A DNA stretch of 63,250 nt, filler included. It is 6 parts of 6 records of this genome, joined end to end, with 100 filler letters (N's around TTAATTAATTAA, not from the genome) between each part and the next. Parts side by side here need not be neighbours in the genome. Positions count along the whole stretch, not along the records: positions 38,100 to 44,826 come from DRR723986_10316; positions 44,927 to 55,066 come from DRR723986_10319; 4 more parts are not named here. One strand, given 5' to 3'. Position numbers and translations under genes: made by a program. The notes beneath the pieces are model-generated. The model had not been told where the DNA came from and ran no database searches. It saw only the letters and a list, made by a program, of their open reading frames with translations. This document shows positions 40,246 through 50,223 of the stretch, piece after piece. The first letter of the stretch is position 1; every line of letters begins with the position of its first letter.

Positions 40246-41157
40246 TTAGAAGTAGCCTTGCTTTTTCTTTTCCTCCATTCCTGCACCGCCAGCGTCACGG
40301 TCGATCACACGTCCCTGACGTTCGCTGGTGGTGGCCAACAACATTTCTTGGATGATCTCCGGCAGCGTCTTGGCAGTTGATTCAACCGCTCCGGTCAGTG
40401 GGTAGCAGCCGAGGGTTCGGAAGCGGACTTCACGTTCCTCAAGCTTTTCGCCAGGTTCAAGCTTCAGACGATCGTCGTCTTTCATGATCAGGACGCCGTC
40501 TCGTTCCACAACCGGCCGCTTGTCAGACAAATACAAGGGCACCAATGGGATGTTTTCCAAGTGGATGTACTGCCACACGTCGAGCTCGGTCCAGTTGCTC
40601 ATTGGGAAGACGCGAATACTCTCCCCCTGATTCACTTTGCTGTTGTATAGATTCCACAGCTCTGGACGCTGGCTTTTGGGGTCCCAGCGGTGAAATTTAT
40701 CGCGGAAGGAGAAGACGCGTTCCTTGGCTCTCGACTTTTCTTCGTCTCGGCGAGCTCCTCCGAAGGCGGCATCAAATTGGTACTTGTCGAGCGCCATTTT
40801 GAGCGCGTCGGTCTTCATGACTTCGGTGTGTTTGTCGGATTGCGTGGCGGGATCGAGCCCCAGTTTGAGGCCTTCTTCGTTGGTGAAGACGATCAAATCC
40901 AGACCGAGTTCCTTGCGGACATAGTTCTCGCGAAACTCGATCATCTCGCGGAACTTCCACGTCGTATCGATGTGCATGAACGGAAACGGTGGCTTGTCGG
41001 GATAGAACGCTTTGAGGGCCAAATGCGTCATCACGGCGGAGTCCTTGCCGATCGAATACAGCATCACCGGCTTGGAAAACTCGGCGGCGACCTCACGAAT
41101 AATGTGGATACTCTCGGCTTCCAAGAGTTTCAGGTGGGTGAGTGAATACGCACTCAT
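40246..41157 (-). CDS. cysD: Sulfate adenylyltransferase subunit 2
   Basis: [22 protein letters not shown] and RFRTLGCYP motifs. Confidence 0.97.
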   Translation of the reverse strand: MSAYSLTHLKLLEAESIHIIREVAAEFSKPVMLYSIGKDSAVMTHLALKAFYPDKPPFPFMHIDTTWKFREMIEFRENYVRKELGLDLIVFTNEEGLKLGLDPATQSDKHTEVMKTDALKMALDKYQFDAAFGGARRDEEKSRAKERVFSFRDKFHRWDPKSQRPELWNLYNSKVNQGESIRVFPMSNWTELDVWQYIHLENIPLVPLYLSDKRPVVERDGVLIMKDDDRLKLEPGEKLEEREVRFRTLGCYPLTGAVESTAKTLPEIIQEMLLATTSERQGRVIDRDAGGAGMEEKKKQGYF

Positions 41158-41302
41158 AGCAAATCCTGTGGGTTGATTTTCCCTATCAAATTCCGCTCTA
41201 AACGATCGCTACGGCGGCAATATGGGCCTACGAGCCCACCAATTGCGGTCGTCGGCCTCTATTCAGGCTTATCGATCGTCGAAGTTCAGACGCCAGTCAG
41301 GG

Positions 41303-41563
41303 CTACCAAACTCGACCGTCGCCAAAGTGTTCCTTTCGCGTCGGTTGCAGCAAGTCATAAACGACGTTGGCCTCCCAGTCCAGCCAGCTTCCCCAATCGG
41401 AATGGCTAGCAAAAGAGGTCGGTAGCATCTCCGCGGCATCCAGCGACTGTTCTGCTAAGAAGATATGCTGGCGAGCGGCATTGGAAACTGCGGGTTTGAG
41501 AATGTCAGTGAGCGGAGCGAGGGTTGAGAATCCTTGCGAGAATGCAGCTAGGCCCAGTTCCAT
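41303..41563 (-). CDS. Possible small hypothetical protein
   Basis: ATG just after the DUF2461 stop on the same strand; no recognisable motif. Confidence 0.3.
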   Translation of the reverse strand: MELGLAAFSQGFSTLAPLTDILKPAVSNAARQHIFLAEQSLDAAEMLPTSFASHSDWGSWLDWEANVVYDLLQPTRKEHFGDGRVW

Positions 41564-41569
41564 TGCACA

Positions 41570-42256
41570 TCAATACGGTTGGCCAATGGCTTCGCAAAGC
41601 GTGCTCATGAGCGGGTTGGTGTGACGAATGAAGGCGGTTAATTCCTTGACCAAGTCCGGTGATTCGATCTCCTTCCGCTTCAGGTGCTTCATCACGATAA
41701 AGCTCTTCAAACGAAGGTGTTCGAGCATTGGGTGGGATTTGTCGATGCCTCGCGGAGCCGTTTTCAGCCGATCGTCGTGGAGGTCGTACTGCGCGAGCGA
41801 CTTCCGCTTGAGCATCCGAGTCCAATGCGAGGGGTTGTTTTCAATGTAGCCGCGAATCTGCTTCAGCGTCGCGGAATCCGGACGCCACATCCCAGCTCCG
41901 ACGAAAAACTCTTCCGGTGCGATGTGAAAATATATGCCCGGCGCATGAACGTCCTTCCCACACTCGTGACGAAACTGGATGCCCATGTTCGTCTTGTAAG
42001 GAATCTTCTCCTTTGAAAAACGAGTGTCGCGGTAAATCCTCATCAGCGATCCGCCGCTTTTCTTCGGACTGGCCACCAGCAGCGGCGCGACTTTCTCCAG
42101 CGGCTTTGTCATTGCTTCGATGAAAGACATTGCCGGAGTTAGAAAGCTGGCCTCGTAACGCGATTTGTTCTCCGCGAACCAGTCACGATTATTGTTCTCA
42201 CGCAAATCATCTAAAAAATGGACAGTGTCGCGTGGAAAACCACTAAAGGTTGGCAT
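41570..42256 (-). CDS. DUF2461 family protein
   Basis: NNNRDWF, RIYRDTRFSKEKIPYK and LKTAPRG motifs. Confidence 0.92.
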   Translation of the reverse strand: MPTFSGFPRDTVHFLDDLRENNNRDWFAENKSRYEASFLTPAMSFIEAMTKPLEKVAPLLVASPKKSGGSLMRIYRDTRFSKEKIPYKTNMGIQFRHECGKDVHAPGIYFHIAPEEFFVGAGMWRPDSATLKQIRGYIENNPSHWTRMLKRKSLAQYDLHDDRLKTAPRGIDKSHPMLEHLRLKSFIVMKHLKRKEIESPDLVKELTAFIRHTNPLMSTLCEAIGQPY

Positions 42257-42498
42257 GAAATAGGGACCTAACTAGTGAATCGTTAACATGATCCGCGACG
42301 CCTCAAAACTGTGCTCCGCGCCACATCTGCTGGGCAATTGACGCGAATGCGGCTGCCAGGATGCGAGCCTGGATTGTAAGATCCGACAGAGGGGGCGAGA
42401 ATAGAGCTGCGTGTTCGGCCGCCGAAGTTTTGTTGCGATTATGCACTGTGATTGCCAATGGACGCACCTCGATCCGCGTTGGGCCACCTCGAACTGTT

Positions 42499-43047
42499 AA
42501 GGAAACAGGCGTAGAAGTGAAGACGATTCTGACAGAAGAGCAACTCCAAGAAGGTGTCGCAAAAATGAGCGATGCCATCTCGATGCGATACGGTGATCGG
42601 CCACTGACCATTGTGGCCGTGATGACGGGAAGTCTCGTGCTGCTGGCCGACTTGATCCGGCGGCTGAACATGCCAGTCCGCGTCAGCTTGATCCAGGCGA
42701 GCAGCTACCGTGGAGGCACCGAGTCGGGGGATCTTTGGATTCGTGACGATATGATGCTCGATGTCGAGGGCAGAGAAGTGCTGGTCGTTGATGACATCTT
42801 CGATACTGGCAAGACCCTGCAGGCGGTTCTCCGGTGCATCAATGAGATGAAGCCCAGTAGTCTTGCCAGTGCAGTGCTCCTGCACAAGAAAGAACGCCAA
42901 ACGGTTGACTTCGAACCTGACTTCGTCGCCTTTGAAATTCCTGATGAATTCGTCGTCGGTTATGGGCTAGACTACCAAGACCACTACCGTAATCTTCCGT
43001 TCCTGGCCGTGCTTGAGCCCAGCGAAATTGAAGCTCCTCATGCCTAA
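42499..43047 (+). CDS. hpt: Hypoxanthine phosphoribosyltransferase (true start probably GTG at 42517)
   Basis: VLVVDDIFDTGKT PRPP motif; FVVGYGLDY and YRNLP. Confidence 0.92.
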   Translation, partial: KETGVEVKTILTEEQLQEGVAKMSDAISMRYGDRPLTIVAVMTGSLVLLADLIRRLNMPVRVSLIQASSYRGGTESGDLWIRDDMMLDVEGREVLVVDDIFDTGKTLQAVLRCINEMKPSSLASAVLLHKKERQTVDFEPDFVAFEIPDEFVVGYGLDYQDHYRNLPFLAVLEPSEIEAPHA

Positions 43048-43064
43048 TGACGGGCTGGTCCTCT

Positions 43065-43102
43065 TGAGCCACTTCCTGTTCACTGAGCCACTTCCTGTTC
43101 AC
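43065..43102. repeat. Perfect 19-bp tandem duplication TGAGCCACTTCCTGTTCAC x2
   Basis: Read directly: 43065-43083 and 43084-43102. Confidence 0.95.
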
Positions 43103-43125
43103 AACGACGAGACGCCGGGACTGTT

Positions 43126-44367
43126 TTGAATAAGTCGTCTGATTCCTCTCGGCATATTACCGTCCTGTGCGATCGGTATTGGCCGGCCAGCGATGACAAT
43201 ACGTTGCACGTGCGCGAGTTCGTCGGAGCGATGCTTCGGGGAGAGGCCGCCGTTAGCCTGATGGCCCCCATGTGGTCGACCAGTTGGCCGGAGCGGTATC
43301 AATTGGGGAAGCTATCCGTCCAGTACGCTTCGCCTCCACCGACGAGTGCGTTTCGTTACCGAAAGTTCTCAAGCAGCGTTGGTGACTTTCTGAGTACTGT
43401 ATTGCCTACCACCGATGCAGTCTACTGCGATCGTCCAGGGCTAATGGCCGAGACGGCTTTGCACTTGGTTGGCAAACGTCGAAAAGCTGGTGAGGTGGTT
43501 CCGCCCGTTTGGGTACGCTATCGCGAAGCGGTAGACGGCGATCGAGCGCCACCGGCCGGAAAGGCTCTTGGGGTTTTGCGAGCCGCTGACCAAGTATTAG
43601 TCACATCCGCCGCTGAGCACCGCTTGGTTCTCTCGGTTGGAATCATGGAGAACAAAATCTTTTGCTTGGGGCCAGTCGGAAGTCGCGTCGACCGGTCGCA
43701 AGTTGCCCGTTCAGCAGCGCGGCGCACGCTCTATGAAGCCAACTACGAACTAACGGTCAAGTCGACTGATAGTCTCATGTTGTGCGTTTGTGACTTTGCC
43801 GTCGAAGGTGACACTCGCGCAGTCGTTGATTCTGTAAAACGGGTCCTTGAGCAACATCGCAACCTGCGACTCTGGCTGGTCGGCAAAGGGAACGCACGCA
43901 GTGATGTTTACGAGGCACTTCGATACGAAGGGTTGCATCGAATCGTTGTAATGCCAGGCGTTTTCATTTCACTGGCCGAAGCCCTACAGGCCGCCGACTT
44001 GGTGATCGTGCCGCCCAGTGGCGAAGGTCGATTTTGGGTACTGCCGACTTGCTTGAGAAGCGGCATTCCGGTTGTCTATCCGGACCGTGATGAGATGCTT
44101 CGGCTCGTAGATGCGAGTCATCTTGGCAGTCGTGAGCCCGGTACATCGAATCAAGAGGCGACAAAAACCGGTATCGCGAAAACGGATGTCAGCATTGGTG
44201 CCTATTCTGCAAATTCTCGCTCAGCAAAATCGTCCGGGTTGGAAGCCGCGATTCAGAATTGGTTATCAAAGCGGAACGAATTCAGCGATGCGGCCACTCA
44301 GATTGCTCGTCGCTTCCCTTCGCCGCAAGTCCCTGATATGCAAGCACTTACGGCACGCAAGAGCTAG
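43126..44367 (+). CDS. Glycosyltransferase, GT4-like (divergent)
   Basis: RYWP near N-terminus; LWLVGKG, MPGVF, LQAADLVIVP and SGIPVV motifs. Confidence 0.65.
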   Translation: MNKSSDSSRHITVLCDRYWPASDDNTLHVREFVGAMLRGEAAVSLMAPMWSTSWPERYQLGKLSVQYASPPPTSAFRYRKFSSSVGDFLSTVLPTTDAVYCDRPGLMAETALHLVGKRRKAGEVVPPVWVRYREAVDGDRAPPAGKALGVLRAADQVLVTSAAEHRLVLSVGIMENKIFCLGPVGSRVDRSQVARSAARRTLYEANYELTVKSTDSLMLCVCDFAVEGDTRAVVDSVKRVLEQHRNLRLWLVGKGNARSDVYEALRYEGLHRIVVMPGVFISLAEALQAADLVIVPPSGEGRFWVLPTCLRSGIPVVYPDRDEMLRLVDASHLGSREPGTSNQEATKTGIAKTDVSIGAYSANSRSAKSSGLEAAIQNWLSKRNEFSDAATQIARRFPSPQVPDMQALTARKS

Positions 44368-44520
44368 CTTCTGAAAGCTGTTTGTCGGCTTTGAACTATG
44401 TTTCAGGTACTTGTGACCGAACGTGTCCAACCGTTCTCGATACTGATGAAGGTGTGAGGGACAGAGAAATTCTTCGTCTTTCCCTCTCCTCATTTTTTCA
44501 TCACGCGGGAGGCGTTGACG

Positions 44521-44775
44521 ATGGCGACTAAGATTATTTCAACAGCGATGCAGTGCCCAGACGACTTGGTTGTTTGCCTGGAGTACGTCGATTCCAAAGG
44601 CGTCAAAACGCGGCGCGTTGTCAGCCCCATTCGGTACGTTGGTCGCCAAGAATTCCTCGGCCTCTGCCTTAGCCGATGTGAGCCTCGTCGATTCAAGCTT
44701 GAGCGATGTTCTGGCATTAAGCTCGCTCGGGCCGCCGATTTCGTCATGCCCGTCGAAATGCAGGTCGCCGGATAG
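44521..44775 (+). CDS. Stand-alone WYL-domain protein
   Basis: EYVDSKGVKTRRVVSP...LCLSRCEPRRFKLER; GGAGG RBS. Confidence 0.75.
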   Translation: MATKIISTAMQCPDDLVVCLEYVDSKGVKTRRVVSPIRYVGRQEFLGLCLSRCEPRRFKLERCSGIKLARAADFVMPVEMQVAG

Positions 44776-44826
44776 GCCCTAATCCGATCCGCGACGCGTT
44801 AGCGTCCGGGCAATCCACGCACTGTC

Positions 44827-44926
44827 NNNNNNNNNNNNNNNNNNNNNNNNNNNNNNNNNNNNNNNNNNNNTTAATTAATTAANNNNNNNNNNNNNNNNNN
44901 NNNNNNNNNNNNNNNNNNNNNNNNNN
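44827..44926. other. Artificial contig junction
   Basis: N spacer with TTAATTAATTAA. Confidence 0.98.
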
Positions 44927-45324
44927 AGCCCTAAGGGCTCGACCCTGTTGTAAAAACTTTGGGCTCAAAATTTTTAACCGCTAAAACTCATATGTGGTAC
45001 GCAGAACCCAATCCAACGACCGCAAAACCATTGTACCTTGTAATTGTCGAACTTTTGGAAAGTTGGGAATTCGCCCCAATTGTTACCCCAATCCCATTCG
45101 GAACCACATGCTGTCCGCCCTGGTCCCAAACCTGCAGTTCACTCGACAAGTCTTAGGGTACGAGAGAGAAATACTTTTTGGCGTGTAAATTCAACTGCAC
45201 TCTGGTATCTTTACCAACGTTCCCTTTGGTGCGTCCCTATGACCTCCGGTCACGGAACGATGCGGATTAATTTTGAGCTTGCACGGAACTCCTGCAAACT
45301 CGTTGAAGATTTAGAAGAGCTATT

Positions 45325-47046
45325 ATGACGAACAGAGCCAAAAATGTCGAGAGTTCCCTGCAGAAAGCAGCAGGCAGGGCAAGTCTACTCTTAACAAACG
45401 CGATGAATACCTGCGAAACGGACCCTAAAGCGGCCTTGCAGGAGGTGCGTGATTACGATGCGATGATGGAACGAGGTGAATGTATCCAGATACCAGCTGC
45501 GACGCAATGCCATGCAGCGTTCAGTATCTATGTTGGAGCAGTTGCGCAAGCCCGCCTTGATCCAAGCCTGAACCCTACGAAAATGTTTCGCAAAGCTGAT
45601 AAAATATTCGAAGAGTGTGCAGACAGACCATTGGCAGCACACAACATGCTGCACATCTCCAAGCTGCTTGAAAGTAACCTGTACCTTGAAGATATGATGC
45701 AAATTTTACTGCGAAGTATGGCAATTTTCGATAGTCCAAATATCGTAAAAGTATCATCGGATATATTCGAGAGTTATCCAAGAGAACAAGCACATTCAGA
45801 TCGAGATTTTGTTACCTTAATGCGCGCGTTTAATATGTTGCGTCTTGCACGCGCTCATCGCCTGCGTGGTCAATTCGATGCGACGTTTCGTTACTTCTAT
45901 CGCTCATTACAGAGTTTCAAACTGGTGGAATCGGTGCAAGCACACAACTTCAGAATTCTGCTCAAAATTGATGCGATGAAACTTTGCAGCAGTCTGGGCC
46001 TGGATGTCCGTGCAAATGAACTTTTTGCCGACGTACGCTCCTTAGCGCGGGAGTCACCACATCCGCATACTCAGAACATGTTAAAGATCCATGAATTGCA
46101 GTTGCAAGCGCGCACTCTCGATCCCGAAACATTTGAACGCCGTTACCAGGAACTTTGTGACGATGATTGGGAAAGCAGGCTACCAACGTTTACAAACAGC
46201 ATGTTAAGCGCGCGCATCAGTCATTGTATGGCGCGTGAGCTTTGGGAAGAAGCCGATCAGGCCGTTAAACAGGCATTAGAAAACTGCGAGCTTCCACAAC
46301 GTGCTTATGCTCGTGCCAACAATTCAGTTCTAGCCGGCAAAATTCGGCTAAAGTTAAATGACAGCAGCGGTGCAATCACACATGCCGATGAAGTGATTCA
46401 AATTGCCCGGAACATGAACAACCTGTACTTGGAGATGAAGGCACATGAAGTTTTAGCTCGTGCCTTTATGCTGCAAAATAATTCACAGGCTGCCTACACG
46501 GCGCTTTCCAGACATCTTGAACTTAAACAACAAACTCTCGGCACGCACATTACCCACCAGATCGCCGACGCTGAAAACGAATACAAAAACGGCTCTCTCC
46601 GCGAAGAACTACGCCGGCTGAAGTTCCAGAATGACATCCTCCAGGGAGAGCTGCAGCGCACGGCACAGACGGAACAGAGTGACAAACCTGCGCGCGACAC
46701 AACCAGCCGGCACAGCACTTATGCTACAAATGGAGATTTGGCCAATGGCAGTACCACAGCGACTGACGGACGGCAGAGTACTCTCAAGCCCGACTGGCAG
46801 ACATTCAATAAACAGTTTAATGCGGACTTTCCGGGATTTAACAGCCGCATGCTTGACGCCTGCCCCGAGTTAACCGAAACTGAATGTAAAATCTGTGCTA
46901 TGTGTCGTGCGGGGCTATCGGTTAAAGAAACGGCAGAGATACTCTGCGTGGCAGAAAACAGTGTACTCAAGAACCGCTGGCGCATTCGGCGCAAGCTTAA
47001 ACTGCAGCGCAGTGTTAAGTTGTCGATATATTTGAGGAGTGTGTGA
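45325..47046 (+). CDS. TPR-repeat protein with C-terminal LuxR-type HTH
   Basis: Helical TPR-like repeats and a coiled coil; LTETECKIC..GLSVKETAEILCVAENSVLKNRWRIRRKL. Confidence 0.82.
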   Translation: MTNRAKNVESSLQKAAGRASLLLTNAMNTCETDPKAALQEVRDYDAMMERGECIQIPAATQCHAAFSIYVGAVAQARLDPSLNPTKMFRKADKIFEECADRPLAAHNMLHISKLLESNLYLEDMMQILLRSMAIFDSPNIVKVSSDIFESYPREQAHSDRDFVTLMRAFNMLRLARAHRLRGQFDATFRYFYRSLQSFKLVESVQAHNFRILLKIDAMKLCSSLGLDVRANELFADVRSLARESPHPHTQNMLKIHELQLQARTLDPETFERRYQELCDDDWESRLPTFTNSMLSARISHCMARELWEEADQAVKQALENCELPQRAYARANNSVLAGKIRLKLNDSSGAITHADEVIQIARNMNNLYLEMKAHEVLARAFMLQNNSQAAYTALSRHLELKQQTLGTHITHQIADAENEYKNGSLREELRRLKFQNDILQGELQRTAQTEQSDKPARDTTSRHSTYATNGDLANGSTTATDGRQSTLKPDWQTFNKQFNADFPGFNSRMLDACPELTETECKICAMCRAGLSVKETAEILCVAENSVLKNRWRIRRKLKLQRSVKLSIYLRSV

Positions 47047-47692
47047 GGAAGCCGAACACAATGCTCCTTTAACTTGAGAATGAATACGGTCTACGACTGT
47101 TAAAACCGCATCACAATTGACGTTTTGGAAGAGCCGCATCGAATAGAGTGCCAGACAATCATGACTTACAAACCGATGGCTTGACATTCAGTGCAAAATT
47201 ACCGAAAGAAAATCGTGCTGTAGAAGTTCCAAGAACGGCTCTTGTTAACCAGCGGCTTACGGCCCTCTTGTATTTCAAAACGGCATTCCGAAAATATTTG
47301 AAGTAAACTAGGTCCTGGGGACCGAGACATCTGGTAACTAGTTTGTATCGATTCGTAGCAGTCGTAAATAGGGATAGAATTGTACCCTTTAAATCACTTG
47401 GTTTGCTATGAATTCATAACTATATTGGCGGTGCATCTTTCGAAAGATCACGTTTTGCAATTATAGACATCCAAGATGCTTCTGCAAAACCAGACAATCT
47501 GGTCCACTTAGTGTGATCACGGTCACTGAAAACACCTGCTAGGGTAAAATTGCGATCACAATAACCCTGCATTAGTGTTTTGCCGAAACACAGAGTAAAC
47601 CACAATTGTAGGTTGTTCTGACCAGCTTGTTTGTGTTCAAACTTGAGGCAGCTTACGTATTTTTCAATTTTCTAACCTATTTGAGGATAATA

Positions 47693-48148
47693 ATGTATAA
47701 GATTCTGCTATCAGCACTCGTTGTTCTCGTTTGCGCAGCGACAGTCGGAAAAGCCACCGTTACTACTACCTGGGAGTATTCTGTTGTAACAGAGCCATCT
47801 TCTTCTACTCAGCAAGGGTATGAAGGTGGTGGATACAACATTGTAACCTTTCTGTCAGACGACATTTTGATGCAAAGTGTCTTAACATGTATCGGCGGTG
47901 GTTCTGAAGAGTGTACCATGGAGAATGCACTTAGCAGCCTTCAAGGCATCCGTTTGTATGAAAATGGTAATGTACATTCGCTTTTCCAACTGGCTGAGAC
48001 AAATGTTTCAAGTGGTAATTATAGTGGCACGAATGCTGACAGCTATGTTATCGACGGCGTAACGTACAATCGTACTTTGGACTGGACGTGCAATAGCTCG
48101 ACAGGATATCGCAATTTTGACGTAACAATCGTTGAAGTAGCCCCATAA
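47693..48148 (+). CDS. Secreted beta-rich hypothetical protein (paralog A)
   Basis: GAGG RBS; signal peptide MYKILLSALVVLVCAATVGKA; clear paralog at 50224. Confidence 0.85.
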   Translation: MYKILLSALVVLVCAATVGKATVTTTWEYSVVTEPSSSTQQGYEGGGYNIVTFLSDDILMQSVLTCIGGGSEECTMENALSSLQGIRLYENGNVHSLFQLAETNVSSGNYSGTNADSYVIDGVTYNRTLDWTCNSSTGYRNFDVTIVEVAP

Positions 48149-48170
48149 GGCATATCTTGTAGCAACGACC

Positions 48171-48210
48171 AAAGCATCATTGGGCAGTGTCAACTGTCCA
48201 ATGATGCTTT
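48171..48210 (+). terminator. Long hairpin between paralog A and the next gene
   Basis: AAAGCATCATTGGGCAGT-gtca-ACTGTCCAATGATGCTTT. Confidence 0.75.
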
Positions 48211-48241
48211 AGATGTAAGTTTCATTTGATCAAGTCACAAT

Positions 48242-49432
48242 ATGATTAGACAGAACAGACTAATTTTGGTGTTGTTGCTGGCGTGTATTTTGCCGACGTT
48301 TGGTAATCAAACTGAGACTGAAACACTTCGGCTTATTTCTCCTAAAGTGTTTAAACCAGCTGGCGCCTCGAGCTCCGTGAGAACGATGGTCTGCCGATAC
48401 GAAGAAGGGGATTTTTGGCTCTTACATAACTCAGTTGAAGTTAATGATCCACCTAATGTCTGTAGTTTTCGGATGGAAAACTTAAGCACACATGAGGAAA
48501 TCGAACTAGAGTATCCATGTGATTCCCTCTATAGACCCCACATAATTGACTATTTTGTCACGGGGGATCGAATCATTCTTGTCGATGTTGTATCAGTGAT
48601 TGTGTTTCGGAGCACAGGCCCGAACAAGGCCGAATTTACTAAGGTTGTTTCATTACCCGCAACAGTTCTGCATTGTGAAAGGGTAGACGAAGTGTTAAAC
48701 TTCTGGTCTGATCTGTGCACTGGACACAAGTTGGAAAACAGTTGTTTTTATACTTTCTCGCTCAATCTCGAAGACTCCTCTATCATTGACATTTACGAGT
48801 TTACTCATCCATATGGTGAAGCAAGAATGTTTGGCCAACCTCGAAAAGTAATCGATAGGATAGATGATGTAGTTCTTATTAGCGATGTGGCGAGATACAA
48901 GCTATATTTCGTTACCGGCGATGGATTGAAAATAGATTCGATTATCCATGAACCAGATGATTGGATTTATGCAGACTCAGAAGTGGATATGCAACCAGGG
49001 ATACAAAAACAAACGTATTTCCCGATAATTGACAGTCTTCTCAAAAATACAAGCTCAATCAGGCGAGTTGAACTCATTTCAACCAACTCTGTTCTTGTAC
49101 TATGGGACAACCCAACGGAAACTGGACAATTTGATAAACGAGCTGACGTTTGGCTCCGAAGAAATGGCGAGTGGTCACTGGTTCATCAGACGCGTAACTT
49201 CCTCAATGAGACCCAACTACAGTCCAAGGTTTTTAGCCTAAAAACGAGTCCACTTCAAAATGCTTTCACATACGACGATGGTTTTATTATAGAGATAATC
49301 GCTGCGCCTCCTGTTGACGATGCTGAAAAAGAGTGGGACTCATTCGTCGACTATCAGAATGCAAGTGATAAATTCTACCTCGATAATCCGTTGCAGTACA
49401 TTGTTTTAGTTCGTGAGTTTGACTATGAATAA
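48242..49432 (+). CDS. Secreted beta-strand-rich protein, probable beta-propeller
   Basis: Signal peptide; repeated short beta strands (RYKLYFVTGDGLKIDSI); fold is inferred. Confidence 0.65.
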   Translation: MIRQNRLILVLLLACILPTFGNQTETETLRLISPKVFKPAGASSSVRTMVCRYEEGDFWLLHNSVEVNDPPNVCSFRMENLSTHEEIELEYPCDSLYRPHIIDYFVTGDRIILVDVVSVIVFRSTGPNKAEFTKVVSLPATVLHCERVDEVLNFWSDLCTGHKLENSCFYTFSLNLEDSSIIDIYEFTHPYGEARMFGQPRKVIDRIDDVVLISDVARYKLYFVTGDGLKIDSIIHEPDDWIYADSEVDMQPGIQKQTYFPIIDSLLKNTSSIRRVELISTNSVLVLWDNPTETGQFDKRADVWLRRNGEWSLVHQTRNFLNETQLQSKVFSLKTSPLQNAFTYDDGFIIEIIAAPPVDDAEKEWDSFVDYQNASDKFYLDNPLQYIVLVREFDYE

Positions 49433-49982
49433 GCTGGTATGTTCCGTATTCAATCTGTTTTTCGTCGCCATTGGTGTGCTGGGAGCGCTGGATATCGCCG
49501 ATAAACATACCGTAACAGATTCTGTTTTTGTTCAAGATCTGGTTGGAGATAGTCTTAACATAGTTCACTCGGACCGTTCGGCATATATTTTTGTGGGAGG
49601 ATACACATGCAAAGAATGTATTCCTAAACTTGAACAAGCGATACTTAACGCAGACAGTTTGTACAAGGTTCATGTGGTTTTACGAACCACTCCTGGCATG
49701 CGCGTCTTCGAAAAGAAAGTAGAAATAAAAAGAGTGAGTAGCCTCATTGAATCCCGCAGTTTCTATTTCGATATTGGTGCCAGTTCAGGTTTGGGCAAAT
49801 ATCAGGGAGGTGTGTTTGACCAATTTGATATTTCAATGTCGCCCGCAGTTTTGTTGAATTTCCCAGACAAAGAAGCAATTTTCATAAACTATCAATATTT
49901 GTTCGGACTACCGTCTGATAAGACGGATCTAGAAACTGACCTTTGTTCCAGAACTATTGCGAATGCATTACATCGTGATTAA
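49425..49982 (+). CDS. Exported thioredoxin-fold protein
   Basis: N-terminal hydrophobic segment; TCKECIPKL (CxxC); SPAVL; 8-bp overlap with the upstream gene. Confidence 0.65.
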   Translation: MNKLVCSVFNLFFVAIGVLGALDIADKHTVTDSVFVQDLVGDSLNIVHSDRSAYIFVGGYTCKECIPKLEQAILNADSLYKVHVVLRTTPGMRVFEKKVEIKRVSSLIESRSFYFDIGASSGLGKYQGGVFDQFDISMSPAVLLNFPDKEAIFINYQYLFGLPSDKTDLETDLCSRTIANALHRD

Positions 49983-50223
49983 GAACATTGTGCATGATAA
50001 ATGTATCCTGAAAATTACATGCAAATTTGCCTTTTAGTTTTGCGAGTTTTTCACGCTCCAAAACCATTATTGATTCCCAGGTAAAACAAACGACAAAGTA
50101 ACCCACTCCGTACGCAAATCAGATTGCAATCAATAGACCATTGAAATTGGTTCGTTTGTGGACGGGAAGTAATGTGCGGACCTGGGCATAGTTAATTAAC
50201 ACTATAAATTGAGGACATTTACA

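Noticed and set aside
43040-43126. 19-bp duplication as a phase-variable frameshift switch
   Set aside because: Neither one nor two copies places an upstream ATG in an open frame with the glycosyltransferase
44927-45324. Short ORFs and possible ncRNA upstream of the TPR-LuxR gene
   Set aside because: Several overlapping short frames without motifs; no RNA family recognisable by eye
44521-47046. WYL protein next to the TPR-LuxR gene as a defence module
   Set aside because: They lie on different contigs separated by an artificial junction
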